The position numbers were made by a program, and so were the translations under genes. 64,000 bases of DNA from Dehalococcoidia bacterium. Lineage in GTDB: Bacteria; Chloroflexota; Dehalococcoidia; Tepidiformales; Tepidiformaceae. The stretch spans positions 1,943 to 65,942 of the forward strand of contig JADZEI010000066.1 in NCBI GenBank assembly GCA_020850615.1. The letters run 5' to 3'. This document shows positions 26,415 through 35,675 of the stretch, one piece after another. Each line of letters opens with the position of its first letter. Within the stretch, counting starts at the first letter, position 1. The notes below the pieces were generated by a model. The model did not search any database and was not told where the DNA came from. It was given only the letters and a program-made list of their open reading frames with translations.

Positions 26415-26657
26415 TCGCGGAGCATCGGCTCCGCGGCCCCCAGGATCAGGCGCCGCGGTAGCCCGCGACACCTTCGCCCCGGGGCGCACCCTCTCGCGAC
26501 GACGTGTCGCGCTGCTGCGTGACATGGGTGTAGGCTCCCCAGCGCCAGTGTGCGACACCTCCCGCGGGCTCTGAGGCGTGTTCGCAGGCTGCCGCCGGGC
26601 ATGGTACGGACAATCCCGCGGAGCAATGCTCCGCGGCTACGCCTGCGGCGCCGCCGC
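26399..26657. repeat. inverted doublet of B-class REPs (REPIN-like)
   Basis: B forward 26399-26469 and B reverse 26588-26652, each with the GGCGCCGCAGGC flank. They sit between two convergent genes and touch or overlap both stop codons. Confidence 0.85.
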
Positions 26658-27653
26658 TCAGCAGCGCACGACGATCTTCCCGAAGTGGCCCTGCGCTTCC
26701 ATCATCCGGTAGGCTTCGCGCGCTTCGTCGAATTCGAAGGTGCGGTCGATCACGGGGTGCAGCTCGCGCAGCTCCAGCGCCCGCATCATGTCTTCGAACA
26801 TCACCCGGCTGCCGACGTAGACCCGGGTCGCGCGGATGTTCTTCGTGACCAGCGGCGCTGTGCCCGGGTCCGCCCCTTCCGTCGCGAGCGCGCCGATGAT
26901 GACCACATCGCCGTTGAACCGCGTCGCCGAGAGCGACCGGGCGAAGGTGGCCGAGCCCGCGACTTCGAGCACGCAATCGACGCCGCGGCCACCGGTCGCT
27001 TCGAGTGCCGCGCGGTCCCAGTCCTCGCGCTCGCGGTAGTTGATCGTCACGTCCGCGCCGAGCTCCTTCGCGCGGAGGAGCTTGGCGTCGCTGCTCGAGG
27101 TGATGATCGTGCGGACCCCCGCGAGCCGGCCGAACTGGAGCCCGAAGACCGACACGCCGCCCGTGCCGAGCAGCAGCACCGACTGGCCCGGGTGGAGCCG
27201 CGCCTGCACGAACATCGCGTTCCAGGCGGTGAGCGCGGCGCAGGGCAGCGTCGCGGCCTCGTCGTAGGTCATGTACGCGGGCAGGGGCACCACCGCCTCG
27301 GCGGGGAGCGCGACCAGCTCCGCGAGCATGCCGTCGATGCCGCCGCCAAAGGCATCGCGGACGTACGCCTCGGTCGGCGCGCCGTCGACCCAGAACGGGA
27401 AGAAACAGCCGGCCACGCGGTCGCCCACGGCGACGCCGGTCACGCCTTCGCCCACCGCGACGACATCGCCGGCGCCGTCGGAGAGCGGCACCACGGGCGT
27501 CCGCGCCCACCTGGTCATGAGGTAGTCGCGATAGTTGAGCGAGGTGGCCCGCATGCGGACGACGACCTGGCCCGGGCCGGGTTCGGGGTCGGGCCGGTCG
27601 ACGAGGGTGATGCCATCGATGCCCTGGCCGGGGGTGAGCTGGTACGCCTTCAT
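26658..27653 (-). CDS. NADPH:quinone oxidoreductase / MDR-family zinc-type dehydrogenase
   Basis: 331-aa ORF. VRMRATSLNYRD, and the LLLGTGGVSVFGLQFGRLAG nucleotide-binding motif. Confidence 0.85.
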   Translation of the reverse strand: MKAYQLTPGQGIDGITLVDRPDPEPGPGQVVVRMRATSLNYRDYLMTRWARTPVVPLSDGAGDVVAVGEGVTGVAVGDRVAGCFFPFWVDGAPTEAYVRDAFGGGIDGMLAELVALPAEAVVPLPAYMTYDEAATLPCAALTAWNAMFVQARLHPGQSVLLLGTGGVSVFGLQFGRLAGVRTIITSSSDAKLLRAKELGADVTINYREREDWDRAALEATGGRGVDCVLEVAGSATFARSLSATRFNGDVVIIGALATEGADPGTAPLVTKNIRATRVYVGSRVMFEDMMRALELRELHPVIDRTFEFDEAREAYRMMEAQGHFGKIVVRC

Positions 27654-28251
27654 GGGTTGCCGTCCTTGTGCGAACTGGGGCGCCGAAAACGCGGCCCCGG
27701 CGCGATTTTACGGCGGCGGATGGCTGCCGGCTTTCGGCTGTCGGCCGTCGGCTCTCGGCTCTCGGCTGTCGGCTGCTGCCTATCGGCTCTTGGGTGTCGG
27801 CCCGGCGACCGCACCAGCGCGGAGCGCGGGCCCTCACCCCCGTCCCCTCTCCCGTGCGCGGGAGAGGGGCGCCCCCGGATGCGGGACGCCCCGCAGCGAG
27901 GTGTAGCCGGTGCCCCTTGTGGGCACGAGCGCCAGCCCAACGGATGTGGCACCGAAGGCACCGTCCCACCCCGGCGCGCGCGGCGCCATCAGTGGCGCGA
28001 CCGGCCGAGGGAGCGCTCCCGCGCCCTCGGCGACCACGCCCCGGCGCCGCCCCGAAACCCCGCGCCCAGAGCTGACAGCCGATAGCCGACAGCTGACAGC
28101 CAAACGCCAACAGCCGAGCGCCATTCGGCGACGGCCGAACGGCCCAACGATTCCGGTACATCCGGCCTTGGCCCGCCGTGGCGGGCGGTGGCACCTTCCG
28201 GCACCATAGGGGTCTCCGTGGACCCATACATTCATCAATAGGCAGGGATAG
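27654..28251. repeat. composite element with inverted heptamer-array arms
   Basis: Heptamer array 27722-27801 (GGCTGTC type, ~11 units). C hairpin 27830-27870. A2 forward 27903-27946 (stem variant GTGCCC/GGGCAC), long form to ~28060. Inverted heptamer array 28071-28122 (GACAGCC type, ~7 units). Confidence 0.85.
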
Positions 28252-29745
28252 ATGACAGCAACCCAGGCACGGCCGCGGCCGGACTCCCCGAAGACCGAGC
28301 ACTTCGACGTCCTCATCGTCGGGGCGGGCATCTCCGGCGTCGGCGCCGCGTATCACCTCACCAAGCAGCGCCCGGGCACGAGCTTCGTCGTGCTCGAAGG
28401 GCTCGACAGCTTCGGCGGCACATGGTGGATGCACCGCTACCCGGGCATCCGCTCCGATAGCGACCTCTACACCTTCGGCTACCGCTTCAAGCCGTGGGTC
28501 GGCGCGCCCATTGCATCCGCCGAAGAGATCCTCAAGTACATGGGCGAGGTCATCGAAGAGAACGACCTCGGCAAGCACATCCGCTATAACCACCGGATCG
28601 CCAGCGCCACCTGGTCCAGCCGCGACAACACCTGGACGATCGAGGCCACCGTGAACGGCGAAACCCGCCGCTTCACCGCCAACTTCCTCTGGATGTGCCA
28701 GGGCTACTACCGCCATTCCGAAGGCTACACGCCCGAATGGCCCGGCATGGACACGTTCAAGGGCGAGATCGTCCACCCGCAGACCTGGCCGGAGGACCTC
28801 GACCTCAAGGGCAAGAAGGTCATCTGCATCGGCTCCGGCGCCACCACCGCGACCGTCGTCCCGGCCATCGCCGCCGACGTCGAGCACGTCACCGTGCTGC
28901 AGCGGTCGCCCACCTACTTCATCCCGGGCCGGAACGTGAACGACCTGGCCGAGCAGCTCCGCGAGCTCGAGATCCCGGAGATGTGGATCCACGAGATCGT
29001 CCGGCGGCGCATCCTCAAGGACCAGGACCTCTTCACCAAGCGCTCCTTCGAAGAGCCGGAGGTCGTGAAGCAGGAGCTCCTCGGCGCGGTCAAGATGTAC
29101 CTCGGCGAAGACGCGGACATGACGGACTGGACGCCGACCTACCGCCCGTGGCGCCAGCGCATCGCCTTCGTCCCCGATGGCGACATCTTCGAAGGCGTGA
29201 AGGCGGGCAAGGCCTCCGTCGTCACCGACGAGATCGAGTCCTTCACGGAAAAGGGCATCTGCCTGAAGTCCGGCCGGGAGCTCGAAGCCGACGTCATCAT
29301 CACCGCGACCGGGTTCAACCTGAGCGTCCTTGGCGACATCAAGTTCACCATCGACGAGAAGCCGCTGAACTTCGCCGACACGGTGACCTACCGCGGGATG
29401 ATGTTCACGGGCATCCCGAACATGCTCTGGATCTTCGGGTACTTCCGCGCGAGCTGGACGCTCCGCGTGGACCTGCTCTCCGACTTCGTCTGCCGGCTGC
29501 TCGCGCACATGGAGGCGAAGGGCGCCAAGCGGGTCGACGTGCAGCTCCGGCCGGAGGACAAGGGCATGGAGCTCCTGTCCTGGATGGACACGGAGAACTT
29601 CAACCCCGGCTACCTCCTCCGCTCGATGCACCTGTTGCCGAAGCGGGGCACGAAGCCGGAGTGGCAGCACACCCAGGACTACTGGCGCGAAAAGGACTGG
29701 ATCCCCGCGATCGACCTCGACGGCCCGGAGTTCGCCTACAGCTAA
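28252..29745 (+). CDS. flavin-dependent Baeyer-Villiger-type monooxygenase (EthA-like)
   Basis: FDVLIVGAGISGVGAAY (FAD Rossmann), FGGTWWMHRYPGIRSDS, FKGEIVHPQTWP (the FxGxxxHxxxW[P/D] BVMO fingerprint), and a second Rossmann ICIGSGATTAT. Confidence 0.9.
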   Translation: MTATQARPRPDSPKTEHFDVLIVGAGISGVGAAYHLTKQRPGTSFVVLEGLDSFGGTWWMHRYPGIRSDSDLYTFGYRFKPWVGAPIASAEEILKYMGEVIEENDLGKHIRYNHRIASATWSSRDNTWTIEATVNGETRRFTANFLWMCQGYYRHSEGYTPEWPGMDTFKGEIVHPQTWPEDLDLKGKKVICIGSGATTATVVPAIAADVEHVTVLQRSPTYFIPGRNVNDLAEQLRELEIPEMWIHEIVRRRILKDQDLFTKRSFEEPEVVKQELLGAVKMYLGEDADMTDWTPTYRPWRQRIAFVPDGDIFEGVKAGKASVVTDEIESFTEKGICLKSGRELEADVIITATGFNLSVLGDIKFTIDEKPLNFADTVTYRGMMFTGIPNMLWIFGYFRASWTLRVDLLSDFVCRLLAHMEAKGAKRVDVQLRPEDKGMELLSWMDTENFNPGYLLRSMHLLPKRGTKPEWQHTQDYWREKDWIPAIDLDGPEFAYS

Positions 29746-29777
29746 CCCACCCGCTCCACAGCCGGGTTCTCGCACGA

Positions 29778-29822
29778 ACGCCCGGGCCGCACGGCCCGGG
29801 CGTTTGTGTGTGTGTGTGTGGC
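29778..29822 (+). terminator. rho-independent terminator with (TG)n tail after the BVMO gene
   Basis: ACGCCCGGGCC-GCAC-GGCCCGGGCGT followed by TTGTGTGTGTGTGTGTGTG. Confidence 0.7.
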
Positions 29823-30165
29823 GTGCGGGCGACAGCGCCGCAGGCGTAGCCGCGCCCCTCGTGGGCGCTGGCGTCAGCCAAACGGATGCCTCGCGGTAGC
29901 CCACAACCGAGGGCGGGAGCCCCGCGACCGCCCGGCCGCAGGGGCGTGGGGCGTCGCGGACGGTGTCGCGGGCTGCGCGCGGCGGCGGTGCAGCGTCTCG
30001 GCCGAGCGCTCCCTATTGGTCGCGCCACCGATGGCGCCGCGCGCTCCGCGGTGTCCCCATCGCCGGGGTGCACGTCCCGGGGCGTGGCGCGGTCGCGGGC
30101 TACCGCGCGGCATGATCCTGGGGGCCGCGGAGCCGATGCTCCGCGACTACGCCTGCGGCGCTGTG
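29823..30165. repeat. intergenic REP cluster
   Basis: A1 forward 29846-29889 with extension to ~29935. A2-tail-like segment ~29995-30045. B reverse 30092-30161. Confidence 0.8.
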
Positions 30166-30212
30166 CGACCTGGTTCGCACACCCGACCGGCGATGTGTGC
30201 TATGAAGAGCGG

Positions 30213-30644
30213 GTGAGCCGCGCCAGCGAAGAGTCCAACCTCCTCATGCTCCGCGCGCGGGATGCGATGGACCGCACCTATGCCGAGCCGCTCGACATCC
30301 CGGAGCTGGCCCGGATCGCCTGCGTCTCCGAGGCCCACTTCATCCGGACCTTCCGCGCGACCTTCGGCGAGACGCCCCACCGCTACCTCCAGCGCCGCCG
30401 CGTCGAGCGCTCGATGTTCCTCCTTCGCACCACCAGCCGCAGTGTCACCGACGTCTGTTTCGATGTCGGGTTCACCAGCCTCGGCACCTTCTGCCGCACC
30501 TTCCGCGACATCGTCGGCGAGACCCCGGGCGCGTTCCGCAAGCGCGGCCCGATCAGCGCGCCCGTCCCGAGCTGTTTCATCATGGCGTGGACGCGGCCGA
30601 GCAGTTTTGGAGAAGATCGCGCGGCCCCCGCGCCCCTAGAGTGA
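30213..30644 (+). CDS. AraC-family transcriptional regulator (HTH-only short form)
   Basis: GTG 30213 (or ATG 30246) in ORF 29886..30644. IPELARIACVSEAHFIRTFRATFGETPHRYLQRRRVERSMFLL…SVTDVCFDVGFTSLGTFCRTFR (two AraC HTH units). Confidence 0.8.
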   Translation: MSRASEESNLLMLRARDAMDRTYAEPLDIPELARIACVSEAHFIRTFRATFGETPHRYLQRRRVERSMFLLRTTSRSVTDVCFDVGFTSLGTFCRTFRDIVGETPGAFRKRGPISAPVPSCFIMAWTRPSSFGEDRAAPAPLE

Positions 30645-30648
30645 CGCC

Positions 30649-31095
30649 ATGCTTACTTCAATCAACCTCTCCCAGATTTACGTCCTCGACCAGCAGCAGG
30701 CGCTCGACTTCTACGTCGGCAAGCTCGGCCTCGAAGTCAAAACCGACTTCGACCTCGGGTTCATGCGCTGGCTCACCGTTGGCGTGCCCGGCGACGACGG
30801 CCGCCAGGTCCTGCTCGAGCTGCCCGGCCCGCCCGCGCGCGACGAGGCGACCGCCGCACAGGTCCGCGACCTGGTCACGAAGGGCGCCGGCGGCGGCTGG
30901 GTCGGGTTCTATACCGACGACTGCCGCAAGACCTACGAGGACCTGGAGGCGAAGGGCGTCGAGCTCACCTCCGAGCCGATCGAGCACTTCTACGGGACCG
31001 ACTTCGGGCTGCGCGACCCCTTCGGCAACAACATCCGCGTCGTTCAGCCGAAGGAGATCCCGGCGGGCTTCAAGCCGGACCCGGAGAACTTCTAG
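30649..31095 (+). CDS. VOC-family (glyoxalase/bleomycin-resistance fold) protein
   Basis: 148-aa ORF. VLDQQQALDFYVGKLGLEV… and YGTDFGLRDPFGNNIRV fit the VOC pattern. Typical partner of short AraC regulators. Confidence 0.8.
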   Translation: MLTSINLSQIYVLDQQQALDFYVGKLGLEVKTDFDLGFMRWLTVGVPGDDGRQVLLELPGPPARDEATAAQVRDLVTKGAGGGWVGFYTDDCRKTYEDLEAKGVELTSEPIEHFYGTDFGLRDPFGNNIRVVQPKEIPAGFKPDPENF

Positions 31096-31097
31096 TC

Positions 31098-31538
31098 ATG
31101 GCGTTCCGCACCACGCTCTTCCTCGGCGGCAAGACCGCGACCGGCATGGAGGTGCCAGCGGAAACGGTGGAAGCGCTCGGTGCGGGCAAGCGCCCCGCCG
31201 TGACCGTCACCATCAACGGCTACACCTATCGCAGCACGGTGGCGGTCATGGGCGGCAAGTACTACCTCCCGGTCAGCGCCGAAAACCGCGCCGGCGCCGG
31301 CATCGAAGCGGGCGACGACGTCGAAGTCGACCTCGCCCTCGACACCGCCCCCCGCGAGGTCGCCGTCCCGGATGACTTCGCCGCCGCGCTCGCCGCGGAC
31401 CCCGCCGCGAAAGCCGCCTTCGAAGCGATGAACTACAGCAACCGCCGCCGCCTCGTCCTCGCCATCGAAGGCGCGAAAGCCGCCGAAACCCGCCGGCGCC
31501 GCATCGCGAAGACGGTGGCGGAGTTGCGAGAGGCGTAG
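31098..31538 (+). CDS. DUF1905 + YdeI/OmpD-associated family protein
   Basis: 146-aa ORF. TVTINGYTYRSTVAVMGGKYYLPVSAENR (DUF1905) and a C-terminal FEAMNYSNRRRLVLAIEGAKAAETRRRRI segment. Confidence 0.75.
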   Translation: MAFRTTLFLGGKTATGMEVPAETVEALGAGKRPAVTVTINGYTYRSTVAVMGGKYYLPVSAENRAGAGIEAGDDVEVDLALDTAPREVAVPDDFAAALAADPAAKAAFEAMNYSNRRRLVLAIEGAKAAETRRRRIAKTVAELREA

Positions 31539-31780
31539 AGGCCGCGCAGCGGTAGTCCGCCGAGCGCGGCCTCGGCGGCGCGTCAGCCCAACGGATGCCG
31601 CACCGAAGGCACCGCCGCAACCCGGCGACACCCCCCGCGCCAGCGCGGGAGCTCCCTCTCCCGCCGCGGCGGGAGAGGGTTGGGGTGAGGGTTGCGCCGC
31701 GCCCTCAGCGAGGCCGGGGCGCCGGGATTCGCGGCGGACGCCCACTCTACGCCTCTACGCCTTTACGCCTCCACGCCTTA
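31539..31780. repeat. intergenic REP cluster
   Basis: A3 forward 31551-31597. Inverted C hairpin 31653-31692. Octamer module 31741-31780, which contains the ACAD stop codon. Confidence 0.85.
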
Positions 31781-33010
31781 GAGCAGCTCGCCGCCGGCCA
31801 TGGAGGCGGTGGTGCCGTCGCGCTTGAACGCCTTGATGACGTTGCGGCCGACCGTCCAGCGGTGCACTTCGTCCGGGCCGTCCACGAGGCGCTGCGAGCG
31901 GATCGAGGTGTACCAGCGGGCGAGCGGCGTGTCCTGGCTGAACCCGAGCGCGCCGTGCAGCTGGATCGCCGTGTCGACGACGCGGTGCACCATGTTCGCA
32001 AGGTAGACCTTGGCGATGGAGTTTTCCTGGCGGAGGTCCATCCCCTTTTCGGCCTTGTAGGCGATGTGCATGAGCATCAGCCGCGCGATGTAGAGGTCGG
32101 TCGCGCAGTCCGCGAGCATCCACTGCACGCCCTGGCGCTCTTCGAGCAGCTTGCCGAAGGTCGACCGCTCGGTGACGCGCTTCGTCGCCATGTCGAGCGC
32201 GCGCTGGGCCATGGCGACGTTGTGCATGCCGTGGCGAAGGCGGCCGTAGGCGAGCCGGTGCTGGCCCATGTTGAAGCCGTTGCCTTCGCCGCCGAGCAGG
32301 TTCTCGTTCGGGACGAGGAGGTCCTTGATGTGCACTTCGGCGTGGCCGCCGCCGAGGATGTGCGAAAGCGGTGTCTCCATCGCCATCGTCGGCACGTCGC
32401 GGATGATGTCGTAGCCGGGGTTCGGCAGCTCGACGATGAAGGTGCTGAACTGCGAGTGGCGCGGCGCGTCCGGGTTCGTCTTCGCCATCACGACGGCGAT
32501 GTCGGCGACGGTGGCGGCGCTGCTGAACCACTTCTCGCCGTTGATCACCCAGTTGTCACCATCGCGGACGGCGCGGGTCTGCATGCCGGTGGCGTCGGCG
32601 CCGGCGGCGCGCTCGGTCATCGAGTAGCAGATGCGCTTTTCGCCGGCGAGGAGCGGCTTGAGATACTTCTCCTTCTGGAAGTCCGTGCCGTGGATGGCGA
32701 GGGTGAGCATGGTGGCGTCGTCGGGGCCCTGGGTGTTGAGGGCGAGGGCGCCGAGGTAGCTTTCGCCGAGCTCCATCTGGACGAGGGCGTTGGCGAGGGG
32801 GCCGAGGCCCATGCCGCCGTATTCCTTCGAGATGAAGGGCGTCCAGAGCCCCTGCGCCTTGGCCTTGGCGCGCAGCTCGCCGAGCACCTCCTTGTAGGGC
32901 CGCCCGGCGATGAGCTCCTGCTCGGCGGGGATGCAGTGGTCCTGGACGAACTTGCGGACCGTCTCGCGGACCTGCTTCGTTTCCTCTGGAATCTCGAAAT
33001 CGACTGCCAT
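31778..33010 (-). CDS. acyl-CoA dehydrogenase family protein
   Basis: 410-aa ORF. Pattern across N/M/C domains (…CYSMTERAAGADATGMQTRA…, …GGEGNGFNMGQHRLAYGRL…, …LHGALGFSQDTPLARWY…). Confidence 0.9.
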   Translation of the reverse strand: MAVDFEIPEETKQVRETVRKFVQDHCIPAEQELIAGRPYKEVLGELRAKAKAQGLWTPFISKEYGGMGLGPLANALVQMELGESYLGALALNTQGPDDATMLTLAIHGTDFQKEKYLKPLLAGEKRICYSMTERAAGADATGMQTRAVRDGDNWVINGEKWFSSAATVADIAVVMAKTNPDAPRHSQFSTFIVELPNPGYDIIRDVPTMAMETPLSHILGGGHAEVHIKDLLVPNENLLGGEGNGFNMGQHRLAYGRLRHGMHNVAMAQRALDMATKRVTERSTFGKLLEERQGVQWMLADCATDLYIARLMLMHIAYKAEKGMDLRQENSIAKVYLANMVHRVVDTAIQLHGALGFSQDTPLARWYTSIRSQRLVDGPDEVHRWTVGRNVIKAFKRDGTTASMAGGELL

Positions 33011-33121
33011 GGCTGAGTCTCCGTTGTGGGAATGGGCCCGCGGGGAAAACGCGGGCGCGGCGGGGGGAATGCTACGCGGCCGGGGGGCGGTTGTCGCCCC
33101 GCCCCCTCCCCGCGTCCCCCC

Positions 33122-33267
33122 GTTCCCAGTTCCCAGTTCCAGGAGGCGAGCGCACGGTGTGGCGCCCAGGCCGCTGCCGTCTCGCTCGCAGCTGGCCGCC
33201 CTGGCTCACCCGACACCCGGGGCGGGCGATTGTGGTTGCGACGCCTCTGGGAACTGGGAACTGGGAA
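33122..33267. repeat. inverted heptamer arms (GTTCCCA x3 / TGGGAAC x3) around a ~105-nt core
   Basis: GTTCCCAGTTCCCAGTTCCAG at 33122-33142 and CTGGGAACTGGGAACTGGGAA at 33247-33267. Confidence 0.8.
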
Positions 33268-33344
33268 CCCGCGCGCACGGCGCGCGCAGCGCGCTCCGCG
33301 CTACAATGGGCGTCCAGGCTCCGCGCGCCGGGGCCGCCCCCTCT

Positions 33345-34601
33345 ATGTACAACACGCACACCCTGTCCAACGGCCTCCGCATCGTCACCGCCGAACTCCC
33401 GCACACGCGCTCCGCCACTGTCAGCGTCTACGTTGGCGCCGGCAGCCGCTACGAACGCGACGAAGAGGCCGGTCTCTCCCACTTCCTCGAACACATGCTC
33501 TTCAAGGGCGCCTCCCGCCGGCCCACCGCCCGCGAGATCGCCGAGGCGATCGAGGGCGTCGGCGGGTCGCACAACGCCGCCACCGACCGCGAGGTGACGG
33601 TCTACTACGCGAAGGTGCCGGACAGCGCCGCCTACGAGACGATCGACATCCTCGCCGACATGGTGCGGGACCCGGTGATGGACGCGGCCGAGCTCGAGAA
33701 GGAGCGCTACGTCATCCTCGAAGAGCTCGCCGGCATCGAAGACAACCCCGCCGAGATGGCGGGCATCCTCATCGACGAGACGATCTGGCCCACCCAGCCG
33801 CTCGGCCGCAACGTCGGCGGCACGCCCGAAAGCGTGAAGGCGCTGCCGCTGAGCGCGGTGAACCGCTACCTCAAGGCGCAGTACGTGCCCGAGAACATGG
33901 TCCTCGTGGTCGCGGGGAACATCGAGACGGCGCGTGTGGTCGATACGGCCGCGCGCTACCTCGGCGACATGCCGGCGGCGCGGCCGGGCGCCTGGTACCC
34001 GGTCGAAGAGCGGCCCGGTGCGGCCCGCATCGCCGTCCGCGAAAAGGCGACCGAGCAGGCCCACCTCTGCATCGCCTACCCGTCGGTCGCGCTGGACCAC
34101 CCGGACCGGTACGCGGTGGACCTGCTGAGCACGGTGCTCGGCGAGGGCATGTCGAGCCGGCTCTTCCTGGAGCTGCGCGAAGAGCGCGCCCTCGTGTACG
34201 ACGTGCACACCTACCCGACCGAGTACCGCGATGCGGGCGTCTTCACCGTCTACGCCGGCTGCGACCCCGAGAACACGCGCGTCACCGGCGAGCTCATCTT
34301 CGAAGAGACGGCGAAGCTGCTGGAGCACCTGCCGGAGGAGGAGCTCGCCAAGGGGAAGATGATGGCCCGCGGCCGCATCCAGCTGCGGATGGAGGACACC
34401 CGCTCCGTGGCCGGCTGGATCGGCTCGCAGCAGCTCCTCCTCGACGAGATCCTGACGGTCGACGAGGCGGTCGCGCGGATCGAAGCGGTGACGATGGACG
34501 ACGTCCTCCGCGTCGGCCGCGAGCTGCTGCGCCCGCAGCGCGCCTCGATCGCCGCGGTCGGCCCGTTCGAAGACGACGCGCTCTTCGCGGGGCTGCTGTA
34601 G
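33345..34601 (+). CDS. M16-family (pitrilysin/insulinase-like) zinc peptidase
   Basis: ATG 33345 (alternative 33306) in ORF 32910..34601. TLSNGLRIVT, and the inverted zinc motif HFLEH followed by MLFKG. Confidence 0.9.
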   Translation: MYNTHTLSNGLRIVTAELPHTRSATVSVYVGAGSRYERDEEAGLSHFLEHMLFKGASRRPTAREIAEAIEGVGGSHNAATDREVTVYYAKVPDSAAYETIDILADMVRDPVMDAAELEKERYVILEELAGIEDNPAEMAGILIDETIWPTQPLGRNVGGTPESVKALPLSAVNRYLKAQYVPENMVLVVAGNIETARVVDTAARYLGDMPAARPGAWYPVEERPGAARIAVREKATEQAHLCIAYPSVALDHPDRYAVDLLSTVLGEGMSSRLFLELREERALVYDVHTYPTEYRDAGVFTVYAGCDPENTRVTGELIFEETAKLLEHLPEEELAKGKMMARGRIQLRMEDTRSVAGWIGSQQLLLDEILTVDEAVARIEAVTMDDVLRVGRELLRPQRASIAAVGPFEDDALFAGLL

Positions 34602-35040
34602 GGCGACGGCCGCGGCCGTGTCTCGCCGTGGCAATTCACGATTCACGCGGGTTCGAGACGGTGTGGAGCGCTGGCGCGGCGCCGGGGCGAAGCCGTAGTC
34701 GCGGAGCATCGGCTCCGCGGCCCCCAGGATCATGTCCCGCGGTAGCCCGCGACGCGCGTGCGCGTGGTGCGCGGCGCCCTCACCCCGACCCTCTCCCGCT
34801 GCGGCGGGAGAGGGAGTTCGCGCTCCCCACACGCGTCGGTACCGCGTCAGCGGGGGGCGAAGCCGTAGTCGCGGAGCATCGGCTCCGCGGCCCCCAGGAT
34901 CATGTCCCACGGTAGCCCGCGACGCGCGTGCGCGTGGTGCGCGGCGCACGCCTCGGAGCCGCGACGACCGTGAGGACGCAGGCGAACGCACCCCGGCTGC
35001 ACGGGATTCGCGGCGGATGCCAACTCAACGCCTTCACACC
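34602..35040. repeat. intergenic REP cluster with 170-bp tandem
   Basis: Heptamers AATTCAC GATTCAC 34633-34647. B forward 34695-34752. C hairpin 34777-34816. B forward 34865-34922, i.e. the same unit repeated at a 170-bp period. Confidence 0.85.
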
Positions 35041-35066
35041 TTGACTCGATCCGCGAGAATGGGGGC

Positions 35067-35675
35067 ATGACGCAATTGAGCGAGCCACCGGCCACCGGCG
35101 CGCGCCGGGTGACCTACGAGGAGTTCCTCTGCGGCGACTTCCCCGCCCATAGCGAGTGGGTGGACGGCGAGGTTGTTCCCATGGTGGGTGTTAGTGGGCT
35201 TCACAACGAGATGGGAGCATTCCTGATCGAGCTGCTCCGGGGCTTTCTCCAGGCGACGAACATCGGTCGCCTCAGGTACGAACCCTTCCAGATGAAACCT
35301 GCCCCCGACCAGCCCGGCCGCTCGCCCGACCTGATGGTCATCCTCAACGAGCACCTGCACCGCCTGCACGACCTCTACCTCGAGGGCGCGGCTGACGTCG
35401 TGGTAGAAATCGTCTCGCCCGGCACGGAGGCGGTGGACCGCGGCACGAAGTTCTACGAGTACGAGGCGGGTGGCGTGCCCGAGTACTGGCTCATCGACCC
35501 CCACCGCGAGACGGCGGAGTTCTTCGTCCGGGACGACGCGGGGCACTACCGTCCCACGACCCTGGAGGGCACGGTCTTCCGCAGCACCGTGCTGCCCGGG
35601 TTCTGGCTCCGGACGGAGTGGCTCTGGCAGCGCCCGGCGACGGCGGGGCTGCTCGGTGGTGATGCCAGCGCCTGA
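35067..35675 (+). CDS. Uma2-family (DUF820) putative endonuclease, third copy
   Basis: 202-aa ORF. EWVDGEVVPM…PDLMVIL…ADVVVEIVSPGTEAVDRGTKFYEYEAGGVPEYWLIDP. Confidence 0.85.
   Translation: MTQLSEPPATGARRVTYEEFLCGDFPAHSEWVDGEVVPMVGVSGLHNEMGAFLIELLRGFLQATNIGRLRYEPFQMKPAPDQPGRSPDLMVILNEHLHRLHDLYLEGAADVVVEIVSPGTEAVDRGTKFYEYEAGGVPEYWLIDPHRETAEFFVRDDAGHYRPTTLEGTVFRSTVLPGFWLRTEWLWQRPATAGLLGGDASA

Noticed and set aside
26446-29904. 1152-aa ORF on the minus strand
   Set aside because: It runs antisense through the BVMO gene, which has clear Rossmann and BVMO fingerprints on the plus strand. It also runs out of frame through the quinone reductase and across REP clusters. The Arg/Ala/Gly/Pro-rich, low-complexity translation is typical of stop-free frames in ~70 % GC DNA.
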